A program made the position numbers and the translations under genes. 64,000 nt of DNA from assembly GCA_963787435.1 (NCBI GenBank), contig CAWBCZ010000015.1:58827-122826 (forward strand), in the 5' to 3' direction. Numbering within the stretch: the stretch's first letter is position 1; each line of letters opens with the position of its first letter. The DNA is from an uncultured Acidobacteriaceae bacterium (GTDB lineage Bacteria > Acidobacteriota > Terriglobia > Terriglobales > Acidobacteriaceae). A model generated the notes under the pieces. That model worked only from the letters and a program-made list of their open reading frames with translations. It had not been told where the DNA came from and made no database searches. This document shows, piece by piece, positions 19,575-29,497 of this stretch.

Positions 19575-19686
19575 ACGCTGATGGCGCTTAGTAAGCGGGT
19601 GTTCCCGGGGATCGAGAACCGGGTCAACAAACGTGCGGTGAGCGGGGCTATTCCCGCGCCTGAATTGAGAGAGGGTTGCAAAGGGT

Positions 19687-20814
19687 TTGAACACGAGAGT
19701 GACTAAGGCAGATTATTACGAGGTGCTTGGCGTATCGCGCGAAGCCAGCGACCAGGAATTGAAAAGCGCATATCGCAAGCTCGCGCTCCAATACCATCCG
19801 GACCGCAATCCGGGGAATCACGCTGCGGAGGAGAAGTTCAGAGAGGCCAGCGAAGCCTACCAGGTGCTGAGCGATGCGGACAAGCGCGCGGCATACGACC
19901 GCTTCGGTCACGCCGGTGTGAGCGGTGGAGGTCCAGGCGGATTCGGCGGCTTTTCGGGAGCGGTCGATCTCGGAGACATCTTCGGCGACTTGTTCGGCGA
20001 GATGTTCAACATGGGCGGGCAGCAGCGGAGTGGACGACAGGTTCGCGGCGATGACTTGCGATTCGATCTCGCGATCGATTTTGAAGAAGCGATTTTTGGA
20101 ACTGAGAAAGAGATCAAGATTCGCCGGCTCGAGGCCTGCGAGACCTGCAAGGCAACAGGAAGCGTTTCGGGTCGCGGGCCGTCGGTATGCCCGCAGTGCC
20201 ATGGCCGCGGACAGATCCGCTACCAGCAGGGGTTCTTTTCAGTTGCGCGGACCTGCAGCGCGTGCGCGGGTCGCGGATCGATCATCAGCGATCCCTGCCA
20301 GGTCTGCCGTGGCGAAACGCGATTGACCAAGGAGATTAAGCTCACGGTCAAGGTGCCGCCGGGCGTCGAAGAGGGAACGCGCATTCGCTATACGGGCGAA
20401 GGCGACGTGGGCCGTGGAGGCGCGCAGAGCGGCGATCTGTATGTTGTGCTTTCAATTCGAAGGCATGACTTCTTTGAACGCGAAGGGCAGAACCTGCATT
20501 GCGTGATTCCGATCAGCTTTCCGCAGGCAGCGCTTGGCGCGGAGATCGAGATTCCCGGTGTCGACGGAGCGGTGATGCTGAAGATTCCTGAGGGCACACA
20601 AAGCGGGAAGGAATTGCGCATTCGCGGCAAGGGCGTGCCGTATCTGAACGAAAAGGGTCGCGGCGATCTGATTGTGAAGGTCGTGGTGCAGATTCCGAAG
20701 AAACTGAGCCGCGTGCAACGGGAACTGATTGCCGAACTTGGCAATTCGATGACGGTGGAGAACAAGCCGACCTCACCGGGGCTGCTGGATAAGATGAAGG
20801 ATCTCTTCAGCTAG
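19687..20814 (+). CDS. dnaJ: Molecular chaperone DnaJ
   Basis: J-domain (DYYEVLGV...HPDRNPG), G/F region and four CxxCxGxG zinc motifs. An alternative GTG start at 19699 gives MTKADYYE. Confidence 0.92.
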   Translation: MNTRVTKADYYEVLGVSREASDQELKSAYRKLALQYHPDRNPGNHAAEEKFREASEAYQVLSDADKRAAYDRFGHAGVSGGGPGGFGGFSGAVDLGDIFGDLFGEMFNMGGQQRSGRQVRGDDLRFDLAIDFEEAIFGTEKEIKIRRLEACETCKATGSVSGRGPSVCPQCHGRGQIRYQQGFFSVARTCSACAGRGSIISDPCQVCRGETRLTKEIKLTVKVPPGVEEGTRIRYTGEGDVGRGGAQSGDLYVVLSIRRHDFFEREGQNLHCVIPISFPQAALGAEIEIPGVDGAVMLKIPEGTQSGKELRIRGKGVPYLNEKGRGDLIVKVVVQIPKKLSRVQRELIAELGNSMTVENKPTSPGLLDKMKDLFS

Positions 20815-20876
20815 CCGGAGCGCGGTCTCTCCGATGTCTGCGCGTACTTACCACGTTTGAAGTGCCGGTATGAATG

Positions 20877-20912
20877 AATGGCGGATCAGCGTTGTAATGC
20901 TGATCCGCCATT
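20877..20912. terminator. Rho-independent terminator after dnaJ (bidirectional position)
   Basis: AATGGCGGATCAGC-GTTGTAAT-GCTGATCCGCCATT, a 14-bp stem, followed by TTCGTTTG. Confidence 0.7.
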
Positions 20913-20936
20913 TTCGTTTGCAGCTATCGGCACGAC

Positions 20937-22388
20937 TCAAATTGCAAGCAGGACAATCACCGCCACGACAGCGCCCATCACCAGGCTCGCGGCATCGGTG
21001 AGTGCGAAGGCGACGGGGTCTTCGTCGAGCTCTCCGCGCGAGGCCAGCAGCCACACTCGGCAGAGCCAGAGAATCATCAAAGGAACGATGAGCCACAGGC
21101 GGCGCGAGTGGTGATAAAGGGCTGTAACATCAGGGCTGCTGATGTAGTTCGCGAAGACAACGACTGCGGCAAAGGCGCTGGCTGTGCCGAAGGCGCGCAG
21201 CTGTTCGATATCGCGCATCAAGTATCCGCGGCCATTTTTGAGAGGCGCGCCGCGCAGGCGGAGGCTTTCGAGCTCTGCGAATCGCTTGACGATGGCAAGG
21301 GAAAGAAAAAGGAAGATCGCGAAGCCTGCCAGCCAATGCGAGATGAGCGTGTCGGTCGCGGCACCTCCTGCCAGCAGGCGCAGAGTGTAGAGGCCGGAGA
21401 GCACAACGACATCCACAAGGGCGATCCGCTTCAGATAGATGGAATACAGCAGGCTTGCACAGAGATACACGAGCAGCCAGAAGGAAAATCCTGCGGGGAG
21501 CAATTGTGCTCCTGCGAAGCCTATCGCCAAGAGCAGGACGATGACAAGGAGACCCGCCGAGGGCGCCAATTCCCCCGAGGCGAAGGGACGGAACCGCTTC
21601 TTCGGACTGCGCCTGTCGGCCTCAATGTCGAAAAGATCGTTGAACAGGTAGTTGCCCGATGCAGTGCAAGAAAAGCAGAAGAAGGCCAAGACTGCAGACA
21701 TGAGCACTCTGAGCGAATGCGTATGGGACAGCAGCGGTGGAAGCAGAATAAGCAGGTTCTTGGCCCACTGTTGCGGGCGCAGGGCCTTCAGGAGCGATTG
21801 CCAGGGCTTGCTTCGTTCTTCAAAAGCGCGGGATGGGGCAATTCCCTTCGCGCTGAGCTTCAGGCGAAGTCTTCGGGTCGGATTCGCCACCATGGCTTCA
21901 GAGGCGCCGGCCATCAGGGGCAGATCGGCTATGTCATTGCCCACGTAGACAAAACCGTCGGCGAACTGGTTGCGCAGGCTGTCAAGTTTCTTGTGGCCTG
22001 TGAGGTTGTTGATGCCGTCGCTGCCCAGCACTCCGTCGAACAAGCCGAGGTGATCGGCGACGCGTTGCGCAAGGCGCAGGTCCGCACCGGTTGCGAGATA
22101 GATTTCGCGGCCCCGGGTACGTTCCTGCTGGAGAAACAGCACCAGCTTGCGGTTATACGGCAGATGCGCCACGTCAAGGGCAACATTATCTGTGACAAAT
22201 GCCTTGAACTTCGCCTTCCCACCCAGGAGTTTTCCCGGCAAGCGCAGCAGAAGGAGCGGGCGGGTGCGTGCCAGAACGAGCAGCGAGTCGATCAAGGTAT
22301 CTGATTTTGCGAGAGTTCCGTCCAGATCGACACACAGGGGCTTGAGCTCTTCTGTCTTCGATTCCGGCCGATTCAAAACCTGTGGCAA
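20937..22388 (-). CDS. HAD-IB phosphatase domain fused to a UbiA-family prenyl-phosphate phosphoribosyltransferase (DPPR-synthase-like)
   Basis: The N-terminus has CVDLDGTLAKSD (HAD motif I) and VGNDIADLPLM (motif IV-like). The C-terminal multi-TM domain carries NDLFDIEADRRSPKKRFRPFASG, the NDxxDxxxD + KRFRP motif that I recall from decaprenyl-phosphate phosphoribosyltransferase. Confidence 0.75.
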   Translation of the reverse strand: MPQVLNRPESKTEELKPLCVDLDGTLAKSDTLIDSLLVLARTRPLLLLRLPGKLLGGKAKFKAFVTDNVALDVAHLPYNRKLVLFLQQERTRGREIYLATGADLRLAQRVADHLGLFDGVLGSDGINNLTGHKKLDSLRNQFADGFVYVGNDIADLPLMAGASEAMVANPTRRLRLKLSAKGIAPSRAFEERSKPWQSLLKALRPQQWAKNLLILLPPLLSHTHSLRVLMSAVLAFFCFSCTASGNYLFNDLFDIEADRRSPKKRFRPFASGELAPSAGLLVIVLLLAIGFAGAQLLPAGFSFWLLVYLCASLLYSIYLKRIALVDVVVLSGLYTLRLLAGGAATDTLISHWLAGFAIFLFLSLAIVKRFAELESLRLRGAPLKNGRGYLMRDIEQLRAFGTASAFAAVVVFANYISSPDVTALYHHSRRLWLIVPLMILWLCRVWLLASRGELDEDPVAFALTDAASLVMGAVVAVIVLLAI

Positions 22389-22598
22389 CCGTTACCTCGC
22401 GCGAGATAGCCGCCGAAAACCCGACAGTCGTCGATGCCAAGTGCGAGGAACGCGGCGACCGTAAAAGTTGTACGGGACGGCTCAAGTATACAGCCGCAGA
22501 GCAGAGAGGTTGGGCAGGGAGCGGATCAGGCCTGACTGCGATTTCTCGCGGTATTCATACCTGTTCCGTCGGCTCTTTCGAGGCCACAGAGCAGTGGT

Positions 22599-25241
22599 GT
22601 GGACGATATAATCGCGCAGATGCCACTCAACCCGCACCAGTTCATCGACCACTACGAAATGCTTGCGCTACTGGGTTCGGGCGGTATGGGCGAAGTGTAC
22701 CGCGCCCGCGATACGCGTTTGAATCGCGAGGTTGCGATCAAGGTTTTGCCGGGATTCTCGACAGCTGATGCCGATCGGTTGCATCGATTCGAGCAGGAGG
22801 CGCGTGCGGCTGCCGCCTTGAATCATCCGAATATTCTGGCCGTGTACCAGATGGGAATCTACAAGGGTGCGCCTTACCTGGTTTCGGAACTGCTGGAAGG
22901 CGAAACGCTGCGCGAGAGATTGAAGCGCGGTCCTCTGGCGGTTCGGAAGGTCGTCGATTACGGGGTACAGATTTCGAAGGGACTTGCGGCGGCGCACGAA
23001 AAGGGAATTGTGCATCGCGATCTGAAGCCCGAAAACCTGTTCCTGACGAAAGACGGCCACGCCAAGATTCTGGATTTCGGACTGGCGCGATTGACGCAAC
23101 CCAAGGAGACGGAACTGGCGGAATCGTCGCACGAAGTCAAGACGATGGCGGGCATGCTCATGGGCTCCATGGGATACATGTCGCCGGAGCAAGTGCGCGG
23201 ACAGGTGGCGGATCAACGATCGGACATCTTCACGTTCAGTGCCGTTCTCTACGAGATGCTGACAGGGCAGCGAGCCTTTCAGAAAGCGACATCGATCGAT
23301 GCGATGAGCGCGATTCTGAACGAGGAGCCGACGCCAATTACGAAGGTCTCGCCTGGTCTTCCGCCGGGGCTCGAACGCGTATTGCAGCGCGGCCTCGAGA
23401 AGAACCCGGAACAGCGGTTTCAGTCCGCGTCGGACCTGGGTTTTGCGCTGGAGGCGGCGGCTGGGCCGCTGTCAACTTACACATCGGGCTACAGGTTTGA
23501 AGAACAAAAGCAGGCGAGGTCGCGCACACCGCTGTGGGTGATTGGGATTGGAGCGCTTGTCGCGGTTGCCGTGGCGGCGTACCTGTGGATGCGGCCGATG
23601 CCTGAGCCGCAGGTTGCCAACTACGTTCAACTGACGCATGACGGTTTGCAGAAGTGGCTTATTGGGACGGACGGGTCGAGACTGTTTCTGACCGTGGTGG
23701 ATTCGGGCGTGGAGGACACGGCGGCGGTTCCGATCACGGGTGGCGAGCCGGCCCGGATCGCGTTGCCAGGCCCTGACATGTTTCCCGTAGATATTTCCTC
23801 GGATGGTGCATCGTTCCTGCTGGTGGATGGAACCGGGTATCCCGCGACCGGCCCGATGTGGAGTTTACCGGTGCTCGGGGGTTCTCCAAGGCGGCTGGGT
23901 GATGCTTCGGGGCACGTTGGTGTGTGGTCGGCAGACGGAAAACAGTTGGCGTTTGGCAAGGGCTCCGACGTCTTTCTGGCCCAAGGGGACGGAGCCGACG
24001 CACACAAGGTCGCGACGATGAAGAACCTCGTTTCGGGCCTGTCAATTTCACCGGATGGCTCGCACCTGCAGGTTGAGACGGAAGAGATTTCGCAAAGCGG
24101 CACCAGCGTGGTTGCAGGCGAGCGATCGATTTCAGAAATCTCGGCGAATGGATCAAACGCGCGTCCATTGGTTCAGGAGCGGCAAAACTCGACCAACGAG
24201 TGCTGCGGCAGATGGACAGCAGACGGGAAGTACTACGTCTTCCAGTCGGGTGGGCAGATTTGGGCACTTGCTGGCGAGGGACGCTTTCTGCAAAGGAAAG
24301 CGAAGCCGATTCAACTGACTTCGAGCCCGATGCAATTGCAATCTCCACTGCCTAGCAAAGACGGGAAGAAGCTGTTCGTTGTGGGAATGACTTTTCGCGG
24401 CGAGCTGACGTCGGTGAATGTGAAGACTGGCAGGCCTTCGGTCTATCTTGGCGGAATCTCGGCGGATTGGATCGACGCGAGCCGCGATGGCAAGCAGGTT
24501 GTCTATGTCTCCTACCCGCAGGGGGACTTGTGGAAGAGCAACGTGGATGGAACGAATCGCGTGCAATTGACGTTCGGGCCGATCAAGCCTGTGTTGCCGC
24601 GGTGGTCGCCTGACAGCCAGACGATCCTCTTCTTCGAATTTCCAGATGGCCCGAATAAACCGGGAAAGATGTTCGAGATTCCCGCATCGGGTGGCACTCC
24701 GCATGAACTGATTCCAGACGATAGACAGAATGAGCAGGATGCAACCTGGTCCGCGGATGGGAAGCGGATTGCGTTCGCAGGAGACGCGAACGATGCGATG
24801 GAGCGAAGCGGCAGTCCGGCAATCAGGATCCTGGATGTGCAGGCAGGAAAGGTAACGCCACTGGCCGGTTCACAAGGAATGTTCTCGCCACGCTGGTCTC
24901 CGGATGGACGCTATATCGCTGCCATGACCGGGGACTCAAGCAAGTTGATGCTGTTTGATTTTCAGACGCAGAGTTGGAAAGAGATTGGCAGCGGGACGCT
25001 GAGCTGGCTCAACTGGTCGCGCGACGGACAGTACATCTATCTGAAGGACCTTGCGGGCAAGGGATCGGTGGAGAGGATTCGCGTGCAGGACGGGAAGCTG
25101 GATCAGCTGGTGGACCTGAAGAATTTCGTACTGACGGGTCTGGGCGGGGGAGCTGTTTCCGTTGCACCCGACGGTTCGCCACTGCTGCTGCGTGATCGAG
25201 GCACGCAGGACATCTATGCGCTGGACTGGGTCCAGCCTTAA
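22599..25241 (+). CDS. Ser/Thr protein kinase with one TM segment and a C-terminal TolB-like beta-propeller
   Basis: GSGGMGEVY, AIK, HRDLKPEN, DFG and SPE kinase motifs are present, followed by TM WVIGIGALVAVAVAAYLW. About 10 repeats of the WSxDG / SPDG type follow. A probable start at ATG 22620 gives MPLNPHQ. Confidence 0.85.
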   Translation: MDDIIAQMPLNPHQFIDHYEMLALLGSGGMGEVYRARDTRLNREVAIKVLPGFSTADADRLHRFEQEARAAAALNHPNILAVYQMGIYKGAPYLVSELLEGETLRERLKRGPLAVRKVVDYGVQISKGLAAAHEKGIVHRDLKPENLFLTKDGHAKILDFGLARLTQPKETELAESSHEVKTMAGMLMGSMGYMSPEQVRGQVADQRSDIFTFSAVLYEMLTGQRAFQKATSIDAMSAILNEEPTPITKVSPGLPPGLERVLQRGLEKNPEQRFQSASDLGFALEAAAGPLSTYTSGYRFEEQKQARSRTPLWVIGIGALVAVAVAAYLWMRPMPEPQVANYVQLTHDGLQKWLIGTDGSRLFLTVVDSGVEDTAAVPITGGEPARIALPGPDMFPVDISSDGASFLLVDGTGYPATGPMWSLPVLGGSPRRLGDASGHVGVWSADGKQLAFGKGSDVFLAQGDGADAHKVATMKNLVSGLSISPDGSHLQVETEEISQSGTSVVAGERSISEISANGSNARPLVQERQNSTNECCGRWTADGKYYVFQSGGQIWALAGEGRFLQRKAKPIQLTSSPMQLQSPLPSKDGKKLFVVGMTFRGELTSVNVKTGRPSVYLGGISADWIDASRDGKQVVYVSYPQGDLWKSNVDGTNRVQLTFGPIKPVLPRWSPDSQTILFFEFPDGPNKPGKMFEIPASGGTPHELIPDDRQNEQDATWSADGKRIAFAGDANDAMERSGSPAIRILDVQAGKVTPLAGSQGMFSPRWSPDGRYIAAMTGDSSKLMLFDFQTQSWKEIGSGTLSWLNWSRDGQYIYLKDLAGKGSVERIRVQDGKLDQLVDLKNFVLTGLGGGAVSVAPDGSPLLLRDRGTQDIYALDWVQP

Positions 25242-25292
25242 GCCTGACTGGTTGTGCTGGGAAGAGCCTCGGATTGAGGATGGATGGGAGTT

Positions 25293-25368
25293 TGGTGGAG
25301 CTGAGCGGGATCGAACCGCTGGCCTCCTCGTTGCGAACGAGGCGCTCTCCCAGCTGAGCTACAGCCCC
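25293..25368 (-). tRNA. tRNA-Ala (anticodon CGC)
   Basis: The reverse complement folds as a cloverleaf: GGGGCTG acceptor stem with the G3:U70 Ala identity pair, anticodon loop TTCGCAA, GGTTCGATCC T-arm and an encoded CCA. Confidence 0.95.
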
Positions 25369-25426
25369 ACAGACTCTGATTAGTTTAACAGCGGGCGCCG
25401 GTTCCGGAAAGAGCTACGCAAAACAC

Positions 25427-25453
25427 AAAGGCCGGGAGAATCTCCCGGCCTTT
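25427..25453. terminator. Hairpin terminator downstream of rho
   Basis: AAAGGCCGGGA-GAATC-TCCCGGCCTTT, an 11-bp stem. On the minus strand it is followed by GTGTTTTG. Confidence 0.6.
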
Positions 25454-25504
25454 CGCCAGCTGCTGGAAACCAGTACCACCTAGACCCCAGAGCTGGGATG
25501 TTGT

Positions 25505-26761
25505 CTACAGCTGGTTCATGTTGGCGAGGAACTCGGCGTTGTTGCGGACTTTCTCGAGGCGGCTGATGAGAAGTTCCATCGCTTCGACGGGCGACAACGG
25601 ATTGAGAACCTTGCGCAGAATCCAGATGCGCTGCAGATCTTCTTTGGGGATGAGCAGTTCTTCCTTACGCGTGCCGGAGCGTTGAATATCGATGGCCGGG
25701 AAGACGCGTTTGTCGACGAGCTTGCGGTCAAGGATGATTTCCATGTTGCCGGTACCCTTGAACTCTTCGAAGATGACTTCGTCCATGCGCGAGCCGGTGT
25801 CGACGAGGGCAGTGGCGATGATAGTGAGCGAGCCACCTTCTTCAATGTTGCGCGCGGCGCCGAAGAAGCGCTTTGGGCGCTGCAAAGCATTGGAGTCGAC
25901 GCCGCCAGAGAGCACCTTGCCCGATGGAGGAACGATGGTGTTGTAGGCGCGCGCGAGGCGCGTGATGGAGTCGAGCAGGATGACGACGTCACGCTTGTGC
26001 TCGACGAGGCGCTTGGCCTTCTCGATCACCATCTCGGCGACCTGCACGTGGCGGGCTGCCGGCTCGTCGAAGGTAGAACTGATGACTTCGCCCTTCACGG
26101 AGCGCTGCATGTCAGTGACTTCTTCAGGGCGCTCGTCGATGAGCAGGACGATCAGAACCACTTCCGGCTGATTGGCCGTGATAGAGTTTGCGAGCGACTG
26201 CAAGAGCATCGTCTTGCCTGTACGCGGCGGAGCGACGATCAGGCCGCGCTGACCTTTGCCAACGGGAGTCAGAAGATCCATTACACGGCCACTGACGGCC
26301 TCGCGAACGGTTTCAAGCTTGATTCGTTCCTGCGGATAAAGCGGTGTCAGGTTGTCGAAGAGGATCTTGTTGCGCGTCTCCTCAGGTGACTCGAAGTTGA
26401 TGGCCTCGATCTTGACCAGCGCGAAGTATTTTTCACCTTCATGGGGCGGGCGCACATTGCCGCTGATGGAGTCGCCGGTTTTGAGGTCGAATTTGCGAAT
26501 CTGCGAGGGCGAAACATAGATGTCGTCGGGACCGGGCAGGTAGTTGTAGTCGGGCGAGCGAAGGAACCCGTAGCCGTCAGGCAGAATCTCGAGCACACCT
26601 TCGGCAAAGATGTGGCCCTCTTTTTCGCTCTGGGCCTGAAGAATCTTGAAGATCAGGTCCTGCTTGCGGAGGCCGCTGGCGCCCGGGATCTCCAGGGTGC
26701 GCGCAATACGGCTCAGTTCAGTTATGTTTTTTTCTTTCAGTTCGGCGATCGTCATGTTCAC
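25505..26761 (-). CDS. rho: Transcription termination factor Rho
   Basis: Full-length match to Rho: the N-terminal domain, the Walker A motif GKT ([17 protein letters not shown]) and a Rho-like C-terminus. Confidence 0.95.
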   Translation of the reverse strand: MNMTIAELKEKNITELSRIARTLEIPGASGLRKQDLIFKILQAQSEKEGHIFAEGVLEILPDGYGFLRSPDYNYLPGPDDIYVSPSQIRKFDLKTGDSISGNVRPPHEGEKYFALVKIEAINFESPEETRNKILFDNLTPLYPQERIKLETVREAVSGRVMDLLTPVGKGQRGLIVAPPRTGKTMLLQSLANSITANQPEVVLIVLLIDERPEEVTDMQRSVKGEVISSTFDEPAARHVQVAEMVIEKAKRLVEHKRDVVILLDSITRLARAYNTIVPPSGKVLSGGVDSNALQRPKRFFGAARNIEEGGSLTIIATALVDTGSRMDEVIFEEFKGTGNMEIILDRKLVDKRVFPAIDIQRSGTRKEELLIPKEDLQRIWILRKVLNPLSPVEAMELLISRLEKVRNNAEFLANMNQL

Positions 26762-26984
26762 CTGCGAGAGGGAGTAAGTGGGGGACCCGAGAGAGGGAAG
26801 ATCAGGAACACTAGGCGGGGTTTAAGAGTTGCGGTCAAAGTGCGGCACTGAGTCAAAGCAAAAAATCGAATTAAAAAGGGGCTTCAACACAGGATGGGAA
26901 GCGGCCAAGATCACATACTTTAGTTGCGAACAGGCCGCCCAAGAGATGCTGGCTTAACTTAACTGAATTATACAGGAGTTCGCG

Positions 26985-27206
26985 TTAAGCCGCGCGCCGT
27001 GTCTCAATCGGCCTTGCTGCCGGTGCAGTGACCTGCGACAGCGTGCCGGGGTTAGTGGAATGGAAGCGGACGAGAACCTCGTTGGTCGTGTCCTGCAACC
27101 GGGTGGTCGGCTTGTGCAGCATCCGAGTCGCCTTGCTGGCCAACTGGCAGAGCTGGTAACGATTGGACACGTGAGAAAGTGCCCCAAAAACCAAATCAGA
27201 ACGCAT
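26985..27206 (-). CDS. Possible RNA polymerase omega-subunit-like small protein
   Basis: 74 aa from the internal ATG at 27206, with an AGGAG SD 9 nt upstream. SNRYQLCQLASKATRML resembles the omega motif NR(F/Y)xLxxxAAKRAR. The assignment is tentative. Confidence 0.4.
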   Translation of the reverse strand: MRSDLVFGALSHVSNRYQLCQLASKATRMLHKPTTRLQDTTNEVLVRFHSTNPGTLSQVTAPAARPIETRRAA

Positions 27207-27800
27207 GAAATGAATCTCCTTCCAGACCTGTCCGATTGGCACTATCTTGGCACCAGCGGTACAGTTAATGGCTAAATGTAGGTCGAGCTGCTTCCCCAAA
27301 CAGCCTGTCCTCCCCTTTAGACGCACGAAATGGGCATCGAGTTCAAAAAACTTTTGCCGCAAAACATCGCTTAGCGGGAACAGGCAGCCTGCCCTGTAAC
27401 GGATAGAAGTGACTGCACGTGCGAGTGTTGCGCCTCGCTGCTTTCAGCCTCAACGGACCCCGAAACACACCCTGCCATCTGTGGATGAATCAGGCCCGAA
27501 GTTGGAGGCGGAAAGAGCAGAAAAACGCGCTATCGCGCTGGTGCAATATCCCCTATGGATGGCACTCATGAATGTACAACGGAGCTGTTTTGGGGTCAAC
27601 ATTTTTTTTGTGTCACTGACCATGCCGAAATGAGGCAAGTTTCGGAAGGGAGAAAGTTAAGCTAAGATGTTTTTTTTGTGATAGTTGCGCGGAATAATCA
27701 GGCCGTCTCTGGGCCATTTCGGGGAGCAATCCGGACCACTCTCAAATCAAGGATTGATTGGAGTTACTGGCGCTATGTGATGCTCGTCACACGAGTGCGC

Positions 27801-29360
27801 TCAAGCCCAATAACTGCGGTCCAGAGTGCGGTACTGGATCGCCTCGGCCAGGTGAGATACCGCGAGCTGATCTGCACCTTCCAGATCGGCAATGGTTCGC
27901 GCGACTTTGAGGATGCGGTCATGTGCGCGGGCGGTGAGTCCCTGTTGCTGCATCGCGCGCTCAAGCAGGCGTTCGGCGTCGGGGCCGAGTTCGCAGTGGA
28001 CGCGAATCTGGCGCGTGGACATCTGGGCATTGGAGAAGACCTTGTCACCGGCCTTCTTGAACCGGGATCGCTGCCGGTCACGAGCACCCATCACGCGCGT
28101 GCGGATCTCGGCGGAGCCTTCGGCGGCAGCTCCGCCGCGCAGTTCCTTGTATTGAACGGCGGGTACCTCTATATGGATATCGATACGGTCGAGGAGCGGG
28201 CCGGAGATTTTGGCGACGTAGCGCTGGATCATCGGAGGCGTGCACATGCATTCGCGCGACTTGTCGTTGAAGTATCCGCACGGGCACGGATTCATGGCGG
28301 CGGCGAGCATGAAGCGCGCCGGGAAGGTGAGCGACATGGAGGCGCGGGCGATGGTGACGGTATGGTCTTCGAGCGGTTGGCGCATGACTTCGAGCACGTT
28401 GCGCGGGAACTCGGGTAGTTCGTCGAGGAAGAGAAGGCCATTGTGGGCCAGGGAGACTTCGCCGGGACGCGGCACGATGCCGCCACCGATGAGGCCGGCA
28501 TCGGAGATGGTGTGATGCGGGGAACGGAAGGGCCGCTGAGTGACAAGGCCGGCGGCGGCGTCGAGCACTCCGGCAACGGAGTGGATCTTGGTGGTCTCGA
28601 GCGCTTCTTCGAACGTGAGCGGAGCAAGGATGGAGGGCAGGCGTTTGGCCAGCATGGTTTTGCCCGAGCCCGGGGGACCGATCATAAGGATGTTATGGCT
28701 GCCGGCGGCGGCTACTTCGAGTGCGCGCTTTGCGGTTTGCTGGCCGCGCACATCCTTGAAGTCGACAGAAAAGTGCTGCAGCTCGCCAAGAAGCTCTTCG
28801 GTCTTGACGCGGAAAGGTTCGCGCTGGACCTGGCCAACGACGGTGGAGTTGAGAAGATCGATGACATCGAGGAGAGAGGAGACAGGATAGACATTGACGC
28901 CTTCGACGACGGCAGCCTCGGCGGCATTCGCCGCGGGAAGAATGAGATTGGGAATCTTCTTCTCGCGCGCGAGGATGGCGACGGGCAACATGCCGGGGAC
29001 CGCACGAACGCTGCCGTCGAGTCCCAACTCGCCTACGAGCAGAAAGCGATCGACGTTATCGACGCGCAGCGCGCCGTAGGCTCCGAGAATTCCGAGAGCG
29101 ATGGGAAGGTCGAAGCCGGAACCTTCTTTCTTCAGATCGGCGGGCGCGAGATTGATGGTGATAAAGGTGGGCGGAATGGTGTAGCCGGAGTTCTTGATTG
29201 CGGCGCGCACTCGGTCGCGACTCTCCCGCACGGCCGCATCGGGCAGGCCTACGGTGTGAAAGACGTCCTTCTCTGCGACAACGCCGCTGTAATCAACTTC
29301 TACGTCAATTAAGTTAGCGTCGATCCCGTATACGGCTGCACTCAGGGCTTTAAAGAGCAT
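27801..29360 (-). CDS. comM: YifB/ComM family Mg-chelatase-like AAA+ ATPase
   Basis: Lon-like N-terminal domain, Walker [14 protein letters not shown], then LFLDELPEF and the C-terminal ChlI-like region. Confidence 0.9.
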   Translation of the reverse strand: MLFKALSAAVYGIDANLIDVEVDYSGVVAEKDVFHTVGLPDAAVRESRDRVRAAIKNSGYTIPPTFITINLAPADLKKEGSGFDLPIALGILGAYGALRVDNVDRFLLVGELGLDGSVRAVPGMLPVAILAREKKIPNLILPAANAAEAAVVEGVNVYPVSSLLDVIDLLNSTVVGQVQREPFRVKTEELLGELQHFSVDFKDVRGQQTAKRALEVAAAGSHNILMIGPPGSGKTMLAKRLPSILAPLTFEEALETTKIHSVAGVLDAAAGLVTQRPFRSPHHTISDAGLIGGGIVPRPGEVSLAHNGLLFLDELPEFPRNVLEVMRQPLEDHTVTIARASMSLTFPARFMLAAAMNPCPCGYFNDKSRECMCTPPMIQRYVAKISGPLLDRIDIHIEVPAVQYKELRGGAAAEGSAEIRTRVMGARDRQRSRFKKAGDKVFSNAQMSTRQIRVHCELGPDAERLLERAMQQQGLTARAHDRILKVARTIADLEGADQLAVSHLAEAIQYRTLDRSYWA

Positions 29361-29389
29361 GGCAGTAATTTGCGTGGAGTGTACCAGAC

Positions 29390-29423
29390 GGCAGTCGGCA
29401 GTCGTCAGTGATCAGTGAACAGG
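29390..29423. repeat. Short heptanucleotide-type tandem repeat (GCAGTCG GCAGTCG TCAGTGA TCAGTGA ACAG)
   Basis: About 5 degenerate 7-nt units between divergent comM and sdaA. It shares the 11-mer CAGTCGTCAGT with the array at 62027-62075. Confidence 0.55.
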
Positions 29424-29497
29424 AGTTTACGGGTGCAATGTCATTGTTTTCTGCATGCGGTTCACGGCTCGATGATGACTGTCCTACAATCTTCTGC

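Noticed and set aside
17414-19700. CIRCE operators (TTAGCACTC-N9-GAGTGCTAA) upstream of hrcA, grpE or dnaJ.
   Set aside because: No match with reasonable mismatches was found by eye. Only the unrelated inverted repeat at 17559-17605 is present.
21108-22304. Long ORFs antisense to or out of frame with real genes: 21108-22304 (+), 57800-58987 (-), 35023-36405 (-), 42922-43953 (-), 28443-29312 (+) and the N-terminal part of 33028-34692 (-).
   Set aside because: Their composition is Arg/Pro/Gly/His-rich with no motifs, and each lies opposite a gene with unmistakable family signatures. These are typical shadow ORFs of GC-rich DNA.
27409-27638. ORFs 27409-27633 (+) and 27450-27638 (-) as real genes in the comM-rpoZ-like gap.
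   Set aside because: They overlap each other on opposite strands and lack an SD. Their sequences are odd and low-complexity, and they span the T8 tracts.
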